Origin: Candidatus Brocadiia bacterium
GTDB taxonomy: Bacteria; Planctomycetota; Brocadiia; SM23-32
Reading direction: 5' to 3'
NCBI GenBank assembly: GCA_046538485.1
Contig: JBKHIT010000006.1
Span: forward strand, 32,001-96,000
Length of the DNA stretch: 64,000 nt
In this document: piece by piece, positions 10,591 to 20,586 of the stretch
Position numbering within the stretch: position 1 is the stretch's first letter
Layout of the letters: the number at the start of each line of letters is the position of its first letter
Notes under the pieces: generated by a model
Told to the model about the DNA's origin: nothing
The model's input: the letters and a program-made list of their open reading frames with translations, nothing else
Databases searched by the model: none
Made by a program: the position numbers and the translations under genes

Positions 10591-10769
10591 GAGTCATCCA
10601 TTTTTTTACTGGAGATCTTTCACAAGCTTTCTGAAGCAAAAATCCGGGCAAAAAAAGGACGGATGAAGTAGAAAGAGAACGTAAAAAAACTACGTTGTTT
10701 CAGAAGAATGCACAAACTGGAATTTGACCGGCAGCCGGGGTTGAGAATGCAGAATGCCTCAAGAAGGCA

Positions 10770-12230
10770 TCACCATCGCTCATCCAGGTCCATCGGTAGC
10801 GCATCGCTCGTTTCCAGATACCACCGCATCAATCGGTCTTTCATACGTTCCAGGACATCAGCCTTATCCGGATCATCAATCATGTTTTTCGATTCCATCG
10901 GGTCGTTCACCAGGTCGTAAAGTTCGTCGGATTCCGAGAGCCGGTGAACGTATTTGTACTCCCGCATTCGGCACATGCTTGCCTTGTGCCCGCCGGGATG
11001 GTTTTCGGTGTAGACCGACTGCGCGGGCCAGTAGGGATTTTTTTCTCCGTATTTTTGCACATAATGTTCATCCCATAAAACGTCGCCCGGCAGCATACCA
11101 CCTTCGGCAAAAGCCGCATCCCGATGTTCTGTAGTCTGCCCCGAAATGACGGGCACCAGTGACCGGCCAAAATGGCGCCAGTCGGGCTCAATACCGGTCA
11201 ATTCAAAGACAGTCGCGGGAAAATCAATCAGCTCAACGATAGCATCGCTCACACCGCTATCGACCGGAACCTTCTCCGGCGGTTTGATGATAAACGGCAC
11301 CTGGATCAAATTGTCATCAAAAATCGAATAGCTTTTGTTCGGCAGATTATAGTCGCCGGTCAGGTCGCCATGATCGGAAAACATAAACACGGCCGAATCA
11401 TCGTACATATCCGCGTCTTTGAGCGCTTCCATAATCAGACCGAACTGGTGATCAACTCGCGCACACATCCCGTAGTAGACGGCGCGTAACTCGTCCAGCT
11501 GCTCCTCGGTCCAATCCATCATTCCGCATCGCTCGGCCATGATATCGATGACCGATGTTTTATTTCCTTCCGCCGGAAACGGCCGCCGCGGAGGCAACTT
11601 ATCCCTGTCAATCATGCTGTACCACGGGTCCTCAACCCTGTATGGACAGTGCGGATAACTCAGCGCGAGAAACAGACACAGGGGTTCGGAACGGTCGTAT
11701 TGTTTGATGAATTCAACCGCGTCCTCGATGTTGGCCCAATCGTTATCGCGATGGTAACCAGCTTTATCCTCTTTAAAGACCTTACCTCTCATAAAGCTGT
11801 AATAGTTCCCGCTGCCCGGCTCGCCCTGTTGGTATTCGCTTTCGGCCGGTTCAAACGGTCCTTCAACCTGGTTTTTAATATTGCACACATGCTTAAATCC
11901 GTGCTGGGCTGGGACAAGATCATTCTTACCACCCCACCAGACGAAATAACCGTTCTCTTTGAGTGTCTGCAACAAAACGGGGTCATTTTCTCTCAGCATA
12001 TAAAGCTGGGAGCGATGGCCTCGGACATGGGGGTACCACCCCGTCATAAAACTGCAGCGGCTCGGCGTACAAACCGGTAGCTGACAGGACGCATGTCGGA
12101 AACTCACGCCATCGTTCTCAACCAGCCTGTCGAGGTTCGGTGTAACCGCAGCCGGATTGCCTGCGTGACCGAGCACATCTCCGCGCCATTGATCGGGATT
12201 AAAAATAATGATGTGAGGCTTATCAGGCAT
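10770..12230 (-). CDS. sulfatase-like hydrolase (formylglycine-type)
   Basis: KPHIIIFNPDQWR, PVCTPSRCSFMTG (CxPxR), PHCPY, SDHGD, ELYDLVNDPME. Confidence 0.92.
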   Translation of the reverse strand: MPDKPHIIIFNPDQWRGDVLGHAGNPAAVTPNLDRLVENDGVSFRHASCQLPVCTPSRCSFMTGWYPHVRGHRSQLYMLRENDPVLLQTLKENGYFVWWGGKNDLVPAQHGFKHVCNIKNQVEGPFEPAESEYQQGEPGSGNYYSFMRGKVFKEDKAGYHRDNDWANIEDAVEFIKQYDRSEPLCLFLALSYPHCPYRVEDPWYSMIDRDKLPPRRPFPAEGNKTSVIDIMAERCGMMDWTEEQLDELRAVYYGMCARVDHQFGLIMEALKDADMYDDSAVFMFSDHGDLTGDYNLPNKSYSIFDDNLIQVPFIIKPPEKVPVDSGVSDAIVELIDFPATVFELTGIEPDWRHFGRSLVPVISGQTTEHRDAAFAEGGMLPGDVLWDEHYVQKYGEKNPYWPAQSVYTENHPGGHKASMCRMREYKYVHRLSESDELYDLVNDPMESKNMIDDPDKADVLERMKDRLMRWYLETSDALPMDLDERW

Positions 12231-12287
12231 ATTCCACCTCCGATCAGATGATTTTGTATCGGAATTTGATTTTGAGTTCAGATTGTA

Positions 12288-13589
12288 TCAGCAGGACACC
12301 CTGGGCGCCACCTCGGAACAAACTCCGTTTATGGCCTCCGCCACTCGATGACAATCGTTTTCGGTCCACCACTGGTTCACATCGACGAAAATAGCGCGCG
12401 ACATCAGATCCATGGTGCGCGGACACATATCGGGCGAGTAGTCGGGCAGTTTGCCCTCGTAATAGGGGCATGTGAACGGACACCCCTCCTCGGTCGTCGT
12501 CTTCTGCTTCATGATGTGTTCCCAGTACGCATAAATGTGCCAGTCACGGGCCGTTTTGGATCCGCGGCCACCAGCACTAACACCTTCCTCTTTCAAAGCC
12601 TTGATGATTTCGCCGGATTGCTCCGGCGTATCTCCATAGAGGACAAGTTTGTATCCGACGTCGCCTTCAATGTCGTTTGACGGGCGGCGTCGAACAGTTT
12701 CGAATTCGTCAAAGTGTTGCACGACTTCCTGCATGTTTCGATTGTATCGTCTGGCCTGATCTTCCGTCTTCTGGAGCTGAACGTAATTGATTGCCCCTTC
12801 CAATTCGGACATCCGGTAGTTCTGCCCACAGAACAGCTCCCCCGGCTCTCGCTCGACGGCATACCGATCTGGCCTCCAGCAGGCCGCCGTATCGTGCTGA
12901 TTCTGAGCGCGCGTGTACAACCACTCATCGTCCGTCAGCACCAGCCCCGCCTCCCCCGCGCCGGTGATTTTGTACGAACTGAGGCTGAAACATCCCATGG
13001 TTCCGATGGATCCCGTGAACTGGCCATTGTATTTCCCGCCGCATGCCTGCGCGTTATCCTCGATCAGGGCCAGATCGTGCATCTCCGCCAGCGCTGTCAG
13101 CGAATCCATATCGCAGACGTTACCGGACATGTGGACGCAGATGATGGCTTTTGTCCGTGGCGTGATTTTGGCTTCAACATCTTCAGGATCAATGCAAAGC
13201 GTTTCGTCCACTTCGGCGATAATCGGGATAGCTTTTGTAGTCACGACCGCCGCAACCGTCGCGAAAAAAGTGTAAGCAGGCACGATCACCTCATCCCCGG
13301 GCCCGATACTGCACGCCGCATAAGCCGTATTCAGAGCTGAGGTCCCGGAATTCACACCCAGAGCATACTCGACTCCAAAAAGTTTCTTCGCATAATCCTC
13401 GAGCATTTTTACACGCGATGGATTCGGATTGTAATAACGCGTCAGATGCGGCACCGATACATCTTTTTCCTGCGACACGATATCTCGCAGAGACTCAAGC
13501 GTGGAATCACTGTAGTCAAACAGCTCCGCAAGAGCCATGAACTCATCCACTGCACCATTTCGTGGAGCTCGTCCTTCATACTCAACCAT
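12288..13589 (-). CDS. DegT/DnrJ/EryC1/StrS-family PLP-dependent sugar aminotransferase
   Basis: VNSGTSAL, GPGDEVIVPAYTFFAT, TKAIICVH, IEDNAQACG, FSLSSYKITGAGEAG (PLP lysine), GQNYRMSEL. Confidence 0.92.
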   Translation of the reverse strand: MVEYEGRAPRNGAVDEFMALAELFDYSDSTLESLRDIVSQEKDVSVPHLTRYYNPNPSRVKMLEDYAKKLFGVEYALGVNSGTSALNTAYAACSIGPGDEVIVPAYTFFATVAAVVTTKAIPIIAEVDETLCIDPEDVEAKITPRTKAIICVHMSGNVCDMDSLTALAEMHDLALIEDNAQACGGKYNGQFTGSIGTMGCFSLSSYKITGAGEAGLVLTDDEWLYTRAQNQHDTAACWRPDRYAVEREPGELFCGQNYRMSELEGAINYVQLQKTEDQARRYNRNMQEVVQHFDEFETVRRRPSNDIEGDVGYKLVLYGDTPEQSGEIIKALKEEGVSAGGRGSKTARDWHIYAYWEHIMKQKTTTEEGCPFTCPYYEGKLPDYSPDMCPRTMDLMSRAIFVDVNQWWTENDCHRVAEAINGVCSEVAPRVSC

Positions 13590-13700
13590 TGGCCTTTACC
13601 TTCCTGTTGAGGGAAAACGTGATTCCCGATTTCCAACTTCATGCATTAACCAGCGCATATGAATATGATATACGCTTGTTAAAGGCGATAGAATAGGCTA

Positions 13701-13730
13701 TCCTGCAAAAAGCATACATATTCCTGCAAA
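13701..13730. promoter_or_regulatory. putative AraC-type operator: direct repeat TCCTGCAAA with 21-bp period
   Basis: TCCTGCAAA at 13701-13709 and 13722-13730 in the divergent intergenic region between the aminotransferase operon and the AraC gene. Confidence 0.5.
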
Positions 13731-13739
13731 GGATTAATT

Positions 13740-14615
13740 ATGGGAATTGGCGGAAAGGCTCCCGACGCAGAACGATCATCGGATGCAACACTGCTGAAAG
13801 CGTACACGGGCCGAACCTATTTCTCCTCAACGCGCTGGAACCGTTGCGAAGCTTCTCAGTGGGTCCTCGATTACCTTAACAGCGGTGAGCAACGCCAGTC
13901 CGTCGGCGAAAGGCTCCCTTTTCAACGCCTCGCGGGCATCGCCGCGCTCTACGAGCCAGGAACGCGCTACCGTGAATACCAGGAAAAGGGAAAATTCGTT
14001 GACGAATCGTATATCACATTCCACCTTTATGGAACTCGCGCCGAAGCATTCCATCGCTTAACGGGTCCGGAAGGCTGGGCTCACGTGCGCGATCCCCATT
14101 CCGCCATCGACAACCTCCTCCGGCGATTGGGGGAGGTCATATTCTATCGCGGCCCCGGACATACATTGGAAGCGCAGGGCATTTTTTTGGAATTGTTGGG
14201 GATACTGGAAGGCAGTTTGAGAATCGAACCGCATCTACGCAAGGTCCGCGCGAGGGAAAAAAGTCAAAACGAAGAGGGGATTGTCGCGGTCACGGAGCGT
14301 TACATCCGAAACCACATTGACGGACCTATTGAAGTGGAAGAGCTTGCTGACGAAGTCGGCATGGGACATTCAACGTTCGCCCACAAATATCCGGCCGTCT
14401 GCGGCGAAACTCCGTACCAGACCGTGCTCCGTTTGAAGATCGAAACCGCAAAACGGCTTCTCTTGTGGGAAGATCTGTCGGTAAAAGAAGTCGCCGCCCG
14501 GACGGGTTTCTCCTCCCCTTTCCACCTCTCCCGGGTTTTCAAGCGGCTGGAAGGGTTTCCACCGTCAAAATGGGGGCAACAGCTCACCGAGAAAGGGAAA
14601 CTTGTTTCGGGCTGA
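13740..14615 (+). CDS. AraC-family transcriptional regulator
   Basis: C-terminal double HTH: YIRNHIDGPIEVEELADEVGMG...LKIETAKRLL...SVKEVAARTGFSSPFHLSRVFKRLEGFPP. Confidence 0.93.
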   Translation: MGIGGKAPDAERSSDATLLKAYTGRTYFSSTRWNRCEASQWVLDYLNSGEQRQSVGERLPFQRLAGIAALYEPGTRYREYQEKGKFVDESYITFHLYGTRAEAFHRLTGPEGWAHVRDPHSAIDNLLRRLGEVIFYRGPGHTLEAQGIFLELLGILEGSLRIEPHLRKVRAREKSQNEEGIVAVTERYIRNHIDGPIEVEELADEVGMGHSTFAHKYPAVCGETPYQTVLRLKIETAKRLLLWEDLSVKEVAARTGFSSPFHLSRVFKRLEGFPPSKWGQQLTEKGKLVSG

Positions 14616-14657
14616 CTCTATAACCCCACGGGGATACAAAGCCGAATCGGCCCTCTG

Positions 14658-15230
14658 TCAAGTCAGGCTGTGTCTTTCAACAGCCTCGGCCGGGATTTCC
14701 CTGGCCACGTAGATTTCCGCACTTGCCTGTTGAATCTCAACACCGCGCTCCGCGGCAGCCTCACAGTCAATTCTGAGAATCACCGGTTCGGCACAGTGCC
14801 GCCGCCCCACATCGCAGGCACCTTCAACAGTTGAAGAAAGATGCACCTTCTGACGCCCCCGGGGTTTGAGACCTTCCGCCAAAATACGCCTGCCAGCCTT
14901 TTCGGTCGTCCCGTGATAAAGAACATCCGGAGAGTCGTCCACAGGCAGCGATGGCTCAACATCAATCGAATGACCGTATACCGCTCGAATCTTGTTACCG
15001 GACAGTTCATATCGTCCTTTTGAATCCGCCTGTACTACGTCCTTAACGTAGCCCTCATCGACCTTAAATCCACGGGCCTCCAACTTCTCGATCAGATCGT
15101 TCAACGACACAAAACCTTCTCCATCCATCTCCATACCTTCTGGATCGTGACGGAGAAGATAGGCCATGGTTTTGCTGACCTTTGTTTTCCGATCGCAGGG
15201 CAAAATGTGCTCCTCAGCAGGTTCGATCAA
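14658..15230 (-). CDS. kptA: RNA 2'-phosphotransferase (Tpt1/KptA)
   Basis: SKTMAYLLRHDP, DSKGRYEL, IRAVYGHS, LYHGT, GLKPRGRQKVHLS, VGRRH; start codon uncertain, overlaps the upstream stop. Confidence 0.92.
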   Translation of the reverse strand: MIEPAEEHILPCDRKTKVSKTMAYLLRHDPEGMEMDGEGFVSLNDLIEKLEARGFKVDEGYVKDVVQADSKGRYELSGNKIRAVYGHSIDVEPSLPVDDSPDVLYHGTTEKAGRRILAEGLKPRGRQKVHLSSTVEGACDVGRRHCAEPVILRIDCEAAAERGVEIQQASAEIYVAREIPAEAVERHSLT

Positions 15231-16314
15231 TCAGATCCTCTGTTCTGGCAATCGCTACTTCGACACTCCCGCGGATCGTGGTTGTAAAAACGACATAGCG
15301 ATCATTGCAGCAAAAACGTGGGTGGGGATCGATATGATATTCCGATCCGGTCATACCTTTCATCTCGGGATTTTGCACGAGTTCAAGATACTGACCGGTG
15401 GATCGATTGAGAAAACCGACGGTCGACGGGCAACCCCGGTAAAACTTTTCATTGGAATCGGCCACAATGTAGTTCGCCTCCCGGCTGGAATATGCATGCC
15501 AGCAATGGGACGGCCAGGATATCTTCTCCACCTTCCGCGTCTCAATATCGGTGCGCCACGCTTCTTCCCCCCGCACGCACCAGATGTGTCGGCCATCCGC
15601 ATCCCACCATTCGTGCGACACCCGCGTCGGCTCCTCGAAAACGGGTTGTGCTTTCTGCCCGCGCTGAATCAGCCACATCCGATTTTCGATCCCGAAACGC
15701 AGGCCGGTAATCGGATCGCGATGATTTTCTTCCGCAAACAGCACACGATCCGGATCGGTCGGGCTGAATTGGGCGTGGTTGTGATTGCGATCGAACCGTT
15801 GCCACCGGCAAAAATCTCCGCCGTCAACCGGCAATGTGCCGAAGACATATTTCAATCCAATGTTCGCATCGATGAAAAATTCTCGATCATCGGCCGAACG
15901 CGTCAGGTGCGTCGCAAAACGATGTACAGTCCTCTCCCCTATCAGATCTTCCGGTAGAGAATTCACGGCTTCAGTATGGTCATTCTCTCCCGGTCCGCGC
16001 CGCCAGAGTGTATCGCGAGCTCCCCAGTAACAGACGGCCGTCTCGGGATCAACGTATGGAGAGGCCCCGCTGAACTGAGTCTCCGGGAAATGCCGGATCT
16101 CGTCGCTCTCGAAATCAACCACTCCGAGCGTCTTCCCCGGCGAAGGCGGAAACGCGCAGTAAAACCAGAGGTGCCGGGCATCCGACGACATGCCGCTGTT
16201 CACAAAATAGAAACTCTGCTGAAGCGGGGCCACTTTCTCGTCGAGAATATAGAGTGTGACATCGTCCTCGGAAGACTCAACGGACGTAAAAAGATGAGAT
16301 TTCTCCAGTTGCAT
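15214..16314 (-). CDS. oligogalacturonate lyase-like / TolB-like beta-propeller protein
   Basis: SFYFVN, NHAQFSPTDP, SHEWW, HCWH, HIDPHPRF motifs resembling Ogl-type propellers. Confidence 0.65.
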   Translation of the reverse strand: MQLEKSHLFTSVESSEDDVTLYILDEKVAPLQQSFYFVNSGMSSDARHLWFYCAFPPSPGKTLGVVDFESDEIRHFPETQFSGASPYVDPETAVCYWGARDTLWRRGPGENDHTEAVNSLPEDLIGERTVHRFATHLTRSADDREFFIDANIGLKYVFGTLPVDGGDFCRWQRFDRNHNHAQFSPTDPDRVLFAEENHRDPITGLRFGIENRMWLIQRGQKAQPVFEEPTRVSHEWWDADGRHIWCVRGEEAWRTDIETRKVEKISWPSHCWHAYSSREANYIVADSNEKFYRGCPSTVGFLNRSTGQYLELVQNPEMKGMTGSEYHIDPHPRFCCNDRYVVFTTTIRGSVEVAIARTEDLIDRTC

Positions 16315-16489
16315 GGCTCAATCCCTGCTAAGAAAGTCAAAGGGATCGCTATTGTAACGGGCGGCATGCACCGGACAAAATGACGGGCAGGAAACCGGGT
16401 GACTGCAAATTCACTCTGGCCAAGAACACGGAGGTACCAAAGAGACCTGAGGGATAGAAGGGACTATTGATTTTCGGACTTGAACCGGA

Positions 16490-17443
16490 TCAGTAATCGG
16501 AGCCCTTGAAGGACCAGCAGTACCAGTAGAGGGAATTGAGCCAGAAAATTGGCACGTTGAACTCGTCGTGGGGAGAAACGACGCTGTTATCCACCCGCAG
16601 AAAATTAAAATCGGGGAACGGTTCCTGCGGTTTCACCCCGTATATCCTCCAGGAAGCCGTATCGCGGATTCCGGGTTTGCGGCTCCAGCCCCCCGGTCCA
16701 CCCGCCCAATCATCGCGGAAATGGTAACCCCGAAAATAGCCCAGTTTCTCGATCGGCCAGCCCGTCACATTGTTGGCTTTGTTGAAAAACTGCAGGTAGT
16801 CGCCCGCAAGAGACATCCGCGGGTCGGCGGTGTGGGCGCGGTGGGGCACGCATTTGCCCCAGGCTTCCCGGTGCTCGTATTTCCCGTTCGCCACCCATCG
16901 CGATTCCACTCCGGTGTAACCGAAGGGGTCCTCGGCCGCCACACCGTTCCGCTGACCGCCGCCGACGTATCCCGCAAAGACGTCGTAGCCGGTCATTTCA
17001 TACCAGTATTTCCCGTTTGTGTCCCAGTGGTTTCGGCCGGTAGTATCCCCCCATCCTCCGCCGTTCTGCCAGTAATCAAGAGTTTCGTCGACGAGCGGAC
17101 AACTGACCGCGGTCGGAGAAATGTAGGGTTCGATCATATCGTGGTCGTCGTAATAGGGGTTGTGAAGCTGCCCCCAGCACCAGGGTTTTCGCCCGTCGTC
17201 GTATCGCGCCGGATACCACCCGTTCCAATCATTCGTATAAAGGGCGAAAGACGTCCCGAGATGATGAAGATTGTTCTTACAAGCCGTCACCCTGGCGGCG
17301 TAACGGGCCGATTCCAACGCCGGCATCAACATGGCCGCGAGTATAGCGATGATCGCGATGACGACCAGAAGTTCGATAAGCGTGAACCCAACGCGCAACG
17401 CAACCTTCTTGCTCCCGGCTCTGTCGCAATCGTCCGATCTCAT
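16490..17443 (-). CDS. prepilin-type N-terminal cleavage/methylation (DUF1559-like) protein
   Basis: [43 protein letters not shown]; aromatic/Gly-rich variable C-terminal domain; ATGA overlap with the upstream paralog. Confidence 0.88.
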   Translation of the reverse strand: MRSDDCDRAGSKKVALRVGFTLIELLVVIAIIAILAAMLMPALESARYAARVTACKNNLHHLGTSFALYTNDWNGWYPARYDDGRKPWCWGQLHNPYYDDHDMIEPYISPTAVSCPLVDETLDYWQNGGGWGDTTGRNHWDTNGKYWYEMTGYDVFAGYVGGGQRNGVAAEDPFGYTGVESRWVANGKYEHREAWGKCVPHRAHTADPRMSLAGDYLQFFNKANNVTGWPIEKLGYFRGYHFRDDWAGGPGGWSRKPGIRDTASWRIYGVKPQEPFPDFNFLRVDNSVVSPHDEFNVPIFWLNSLYWYCWSFKGSDY

Positions 17444-18252
17444 TTGAGGTCCTCCAGGTAAGGATCATATTTGTCCCAGCTGGCAATGTGGTCCGTCGTC
17501 GGCCAGTCAAGACTGAAATTATTGGGCAACCAGCAGGCGGACCCACCGTGAGTAATGACATTGCCTCCGTCGTAATGCGCCCACATGCGCTGGCCCGTCT
17601 TCCAGGTCTGCGGCTGGGTTTTTGTCCTCGGGAGCCCGGTGCTTTTGCTAACAGAATAAGCAGCGGTATCGATAAAAAGCAGTTTCCTGGTGCGGTCGGA
17701 TTTCGCGAAGACAAACGGCTTCCATCTACAGTTGCTGCTCCAGTGCCATCCGATATCGAGGTTATTGTAGCGATATCCGTAACTTGTGGCTCCTCCCCAG
17801 TATTGATCCCACGCCCCATGCATAGGGATGTCCATGGAAGGACATTTAAATACTTCAACCGACGCATACTTTTGTTTGAGAAACGTATGGACCCCGGTCG
17901 GGTTCGGGGGGCTTGCACCGGCCGGGTAACTGCGCAAACTCCACTGACTGCCTGACCTGCCGTTGTGCCAAACGATGTCCACCGCCCGGGGGAGAAGACC
18001 ATCGTGGTCATGGTAATACGTGCTCGCACCGAAATAGATCTGTCGCAGATTCGAGAGGCAGCTGACACGGCGGGCGCTCTCCCGCGCCCGTTCCAGGGCA
18101 GGCATTAACATACCCGCCAGAATAGCGATAATAGCAATAACCACCAACAGTTCTATCAGTGTGAATGCAGCCCCCGCCCGCTTGACCACTCTATCCAACC
18201 CCGCGCTAAAGCACCAGCGCAGCCTATTTTGAGACGTCCGGTTTCGCGCCAT
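17440..18252 (-). CDS. prepilin-type N-terminal cleavage/methylation (DUF1559-like) protein
   Basis: [50 protein letters not shown]9-DG-like [23 protein letters not shown]. Confidence 0.88.
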   Translation of the reverse strand: MARNRTSQNRLRWCFSAGLDRVVKRAGAAFTLIELLVVIAIIAILAGMLMPALERARESARRVSCLSNLRQIYFGASTYYHDHDGLLPRAVDIVWHNGRSGSQWSLRSYPAGASPPNPTGVHTFLKQKYASVEVFKCPSMDIPMHGAWDQYWGGATSYGYRYNNLDIGWHWSSNCRWKPFVFAKSDRTRKLLFIDTAAYSVSKSTGLPRTKTQPQTWKTGQRMWAHYDGGNVITHGGSACWLPNNFSLDWPTTDHIASWDKYDPYLEDLK

Positions 18253-18280
18253 TTCTGAATTACCTCCCCTGTGGAAACAC

Positions 18281-19354
18281 TCACCTCACCACCAGCTTCG
18301 GCCTGACGTAATCCAAACTTCCCCCTGGCTCGTCTTCCAGAAGCGCCTTTCTGAGAGCCCGCCCCCCCCGCTCAGCAAGCCCTTCCAGATTCAAATCTAC
18401 CGAAGTAAACGGCGGTTCTCCCGCCCGGCTCCAGGGAGTATTGTAGTACCCGATAAATTCAACCTCATTTACCCGATCAGGACATTCCCTTCTCAGGAGC
18501 CGCTGGACAGCAAAGGATTCCACATCCATCAGACCGAAAACAGCAGTGGGAAAATCAGTTTCGCCTTCAAAATGCGACAACAAATTACCGTTATCAAAAA
18601 TCGGCATCTCGTCCTTCCATCCTTCCGAGGCGATAACGCTACAATCGCCACCGCGCTTTTGCCACTCCCTCATGAACATCCGCCCGTGCTCGAACCCCCC
18701 ACCTTCCTTTTCGATCTGCTCCATCCTCGGCACCACAATCAGAACTTTCCGGTGACCCCGTAACTCAAGATGATCTGCCACCATCTCTCCCCCCGCACTG
18801 AAATCAGAAAGGACCCGTACCAGATTCTCCATCTCCGGTCCCCGCCATTCAACAATCCCCACAATCGTTTTTTCACGAAACAAAGGCGACTGAAGTTTTT
18901 CGAAAGGAAGTCCCCGGCGCCCATGCAGCACAAACGCCGCCGTATCGCTTCGCGCCAGCCCGGTGAGACGTTCTCTCCCCTCGGGCGTGCTCGCATCGAA
19001 TATGATGGGCGGGAGTCCGACGCGACTGAGTTCCCGCGCCAGAAGAAGTTCCAGTTCTCCCCAGACGTGAGCCCGCGTTCCAAGCCCCAATGCTACCGTC
19101 TCGCCAAGACTCAACGCCGATGAAGCATCGGCTACAAACGTCCCCGCACCGTTCTTCTTGATGACGTACCCCTGTTCTTCCAGCTCTTCCAATGCCTGAT
19201 GCACGGGAGAGATACTCGTATCAAAACGCTCCGCCAGCTCCCGGATCGACGGCAACTGCTTCCCCACCGCCAACTCCCCTGCCGTAATCTCCTCGATCAG
19301 CATGTCCCGAATGTACTGCTTCATGCTGCTCCGCACGACCCGAACAATACCCAT
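18281..19354 (-). CDS. GntR-family transcriptional regulator with LacI-type sensor domain
   Basis: [45 protein letters not shown]-terminal PTAVFG...IGYYN...PPFTSVD. Confidence 0.9.
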   Translation of the reverse strand: MGIVRVVRSSMKQYIRDMLIEEITAGELAVGKQLPSIRELAERFDTSISPVHQALEELEEQGYVIKKNGAGTFVADASSALSLGETVALGLGTRAHVWGELELLLARELSRVGLPPIIFDASTPEGRERLTGLARSDTAAFVLHGRRGLPFEKLQSPLFREKTIVGIVEWRGPEMENLVRVLSDFSAGGEMVADHLELRGHRKVLIVVPRMEQIEKEGGGFEHGRMFMREWQKRGGDCSVIASEGWKDEMPIFDNGNLLSHFEGETDFPTAVFGLMDVESFAVQRLLRRECPDRVNEVEFIGYYNTPWSRAGEPPFTSVDLNLEGLAERGGRALRKALLEDEPGGSLDYVRPKLVVR

Positions 19355-19399
19355 AAACGCCCCTCCTTCCGACCCTTTGTGCGTTGTTCTTATAGTTCA

Positions 19400-19428
19400 A
19401 AGGTAACGTTTTAACCGCCGTTTGTCAA
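19400..19428 (-). promoter_or_regulatory. putative sigma70 promoter of the GntR-prepilin operon
   Basis: Minus strand TTGACA (19428-19423)-N17-TACCTT (19405-19400), ~45 nt upstream of the ATG. Confidence 0.55.
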
Positions 19429-19595
19429 GCCTTCATTTGATTGTTCACGACACATTTATTTGCGACATTGTTATTCTATCCTTATTTGCTGCAAAGCATT
19501 ACGACGCCCTGGCAATTTCTACAGCAAACCAGTACGACAAAGGACTCTTTGTTAGAAAGAACGTAAGCGCGTTCTTTTTTATAACAATTTTCGGC

Positions 19596-19655
19596 GCGAG
19601 GAGAAACGTTTTTGTGTTGGCGGACTTTCCTCCAATTTGTCCGCCTCAAGTCCAG
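19596..19655. repeat. dispersed repeat A, copy 1 (copy 2 at 27884-27946)
   Basis: GCGAGGAGAAA...GTTTTT... followed by the identical 21-mer ATTTGTCCGCCTCAAGTCCAG at 19635-19655 and 27926-27946. Confidence 0.8.
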
Positions 19656-19991
19656 TTTCGCCCGCCGCTGGCGCGCTCAGCTGAACTCGAGTCTCAATCC
19701 CCCCGAGCGGGCTGGACTTCAGCCAGCGGCTGGAGTTCAGAACGCGGTGCATAAACCCAACGGTTCACTAACAAAACAGTCAACAATTGACAGCAGGTCA
19801 CGCAGGGAGATCTATCCTGCTATGAACCATTGCCACGAAACCGCGGATGCCAACCGATGCGCCGTCATAGTAGTGCAAGCATCTTGCTTGCAACTTTTCC
19901 GTTATTCTGCCAGAAGAGATCAGGTCAATTATCCGAACTCCATCTGTGACAGGCAGGAGTACCTGTTTAGCCCGGAGATACCCCTTCGTGG

Positions 19992-20097
19992 GTCATTGCG
20001 AGTCCATCGCGAGATGGGCGAAGCAATCTGGTCGTTTTTTCAGCCCAACAGCGAGATTGCCGCGGCGTCCCACAGCGCGGAACGCCTCGCAATGACA
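19992..20097. repeat. REP-doublet-like palindromic element (GTCATTGCGAG...CTCGCAATGAC), gene-less copy
   Basis: 11-bp terminal IR, inner AAGCAATC/GATTGC stems, spacer GTCGTTTTTTCAGCCCAACAGCG shared with 25766-25853; right arm matches 26000-26050 at 48/51 (reverse complement). Confidence 0.85.
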
Positions 20098-20140
20098 TTG
20101 TGGGCGTGGATGGCCGATGTAGGGCACGCTAAATGCATAC

Positions 20141-20245
20141 GCCCTGAAAGGGCAGCATATAACAGCCCGCCGGGGTGCAGAGGGCTGAAAGCCCTCGGAG
20201 CCCTGGGGTACAGGTATGCATTGAGAAAAAAGTGGGCTGAAGGTC
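20141..20245. repeat. GC-rich hairpin cluster (GCCCTGAAAGGGC type, REP-like)
   Basis: GCCCTGAAAGGGC, GAGGGCTGAAAGCCCTC, GGGCTGAAGGTCC; related hairpins at 25915-25927, 28036-28050 and 28223-28330. Confidence 0.6.
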
Positions 20246-20273
20246 CACCACAAAACGACGAAAGATAAAGGCA

Positions 20274-20575
20274 AAGCGGCGCCCCCCGTGGGGGATTCAA
20301 TGGGCAGACGTTCCTGCCATTTTAAATATCATTGGCATTGGCATACCCCCTTCCAGGTGGTCCACCGCGACTCGCGCCCCCGTGGGGGATTCAATTTTCG
20401 GAAATATCAGTTTCACCGGCAGAGCTTACTAAGGCCCTTGCAGCACCCCCGATGTAGTCTACCGCGACTCGCGGTCGCCGCACTCCACAGCCGGCTGGCG
20501 CCGGCGGGGTTCATGCACGACCCGGTGCTGATACGATTGTCCGCCACGCCGCATATTCCGTTCCGGAACAAACAA
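20274..20575. repeat. dispersed composite repeat B, copy 1 (copy 2 at 28453-28633)
   Basis: 20274-20376 vs 28453-28556 differ by 5 substitutions and 1 indel; downstream GGCGGGGTTCAT.CACGA.CCGG.G.TGATACGATTGTC also shared; contains hairpin ACCGCGA-C-TCGCGGT preceded by GTAG. Confidence 0.9.
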
Positions 20576-20586
20576 CAAATGGCGCC

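Noticed and set aside
20274..20480. Possible CRISPR mini-array
   Set aside because: Only two units, repeats not of constant CRISPR-like structure, and no cas genes in the window.
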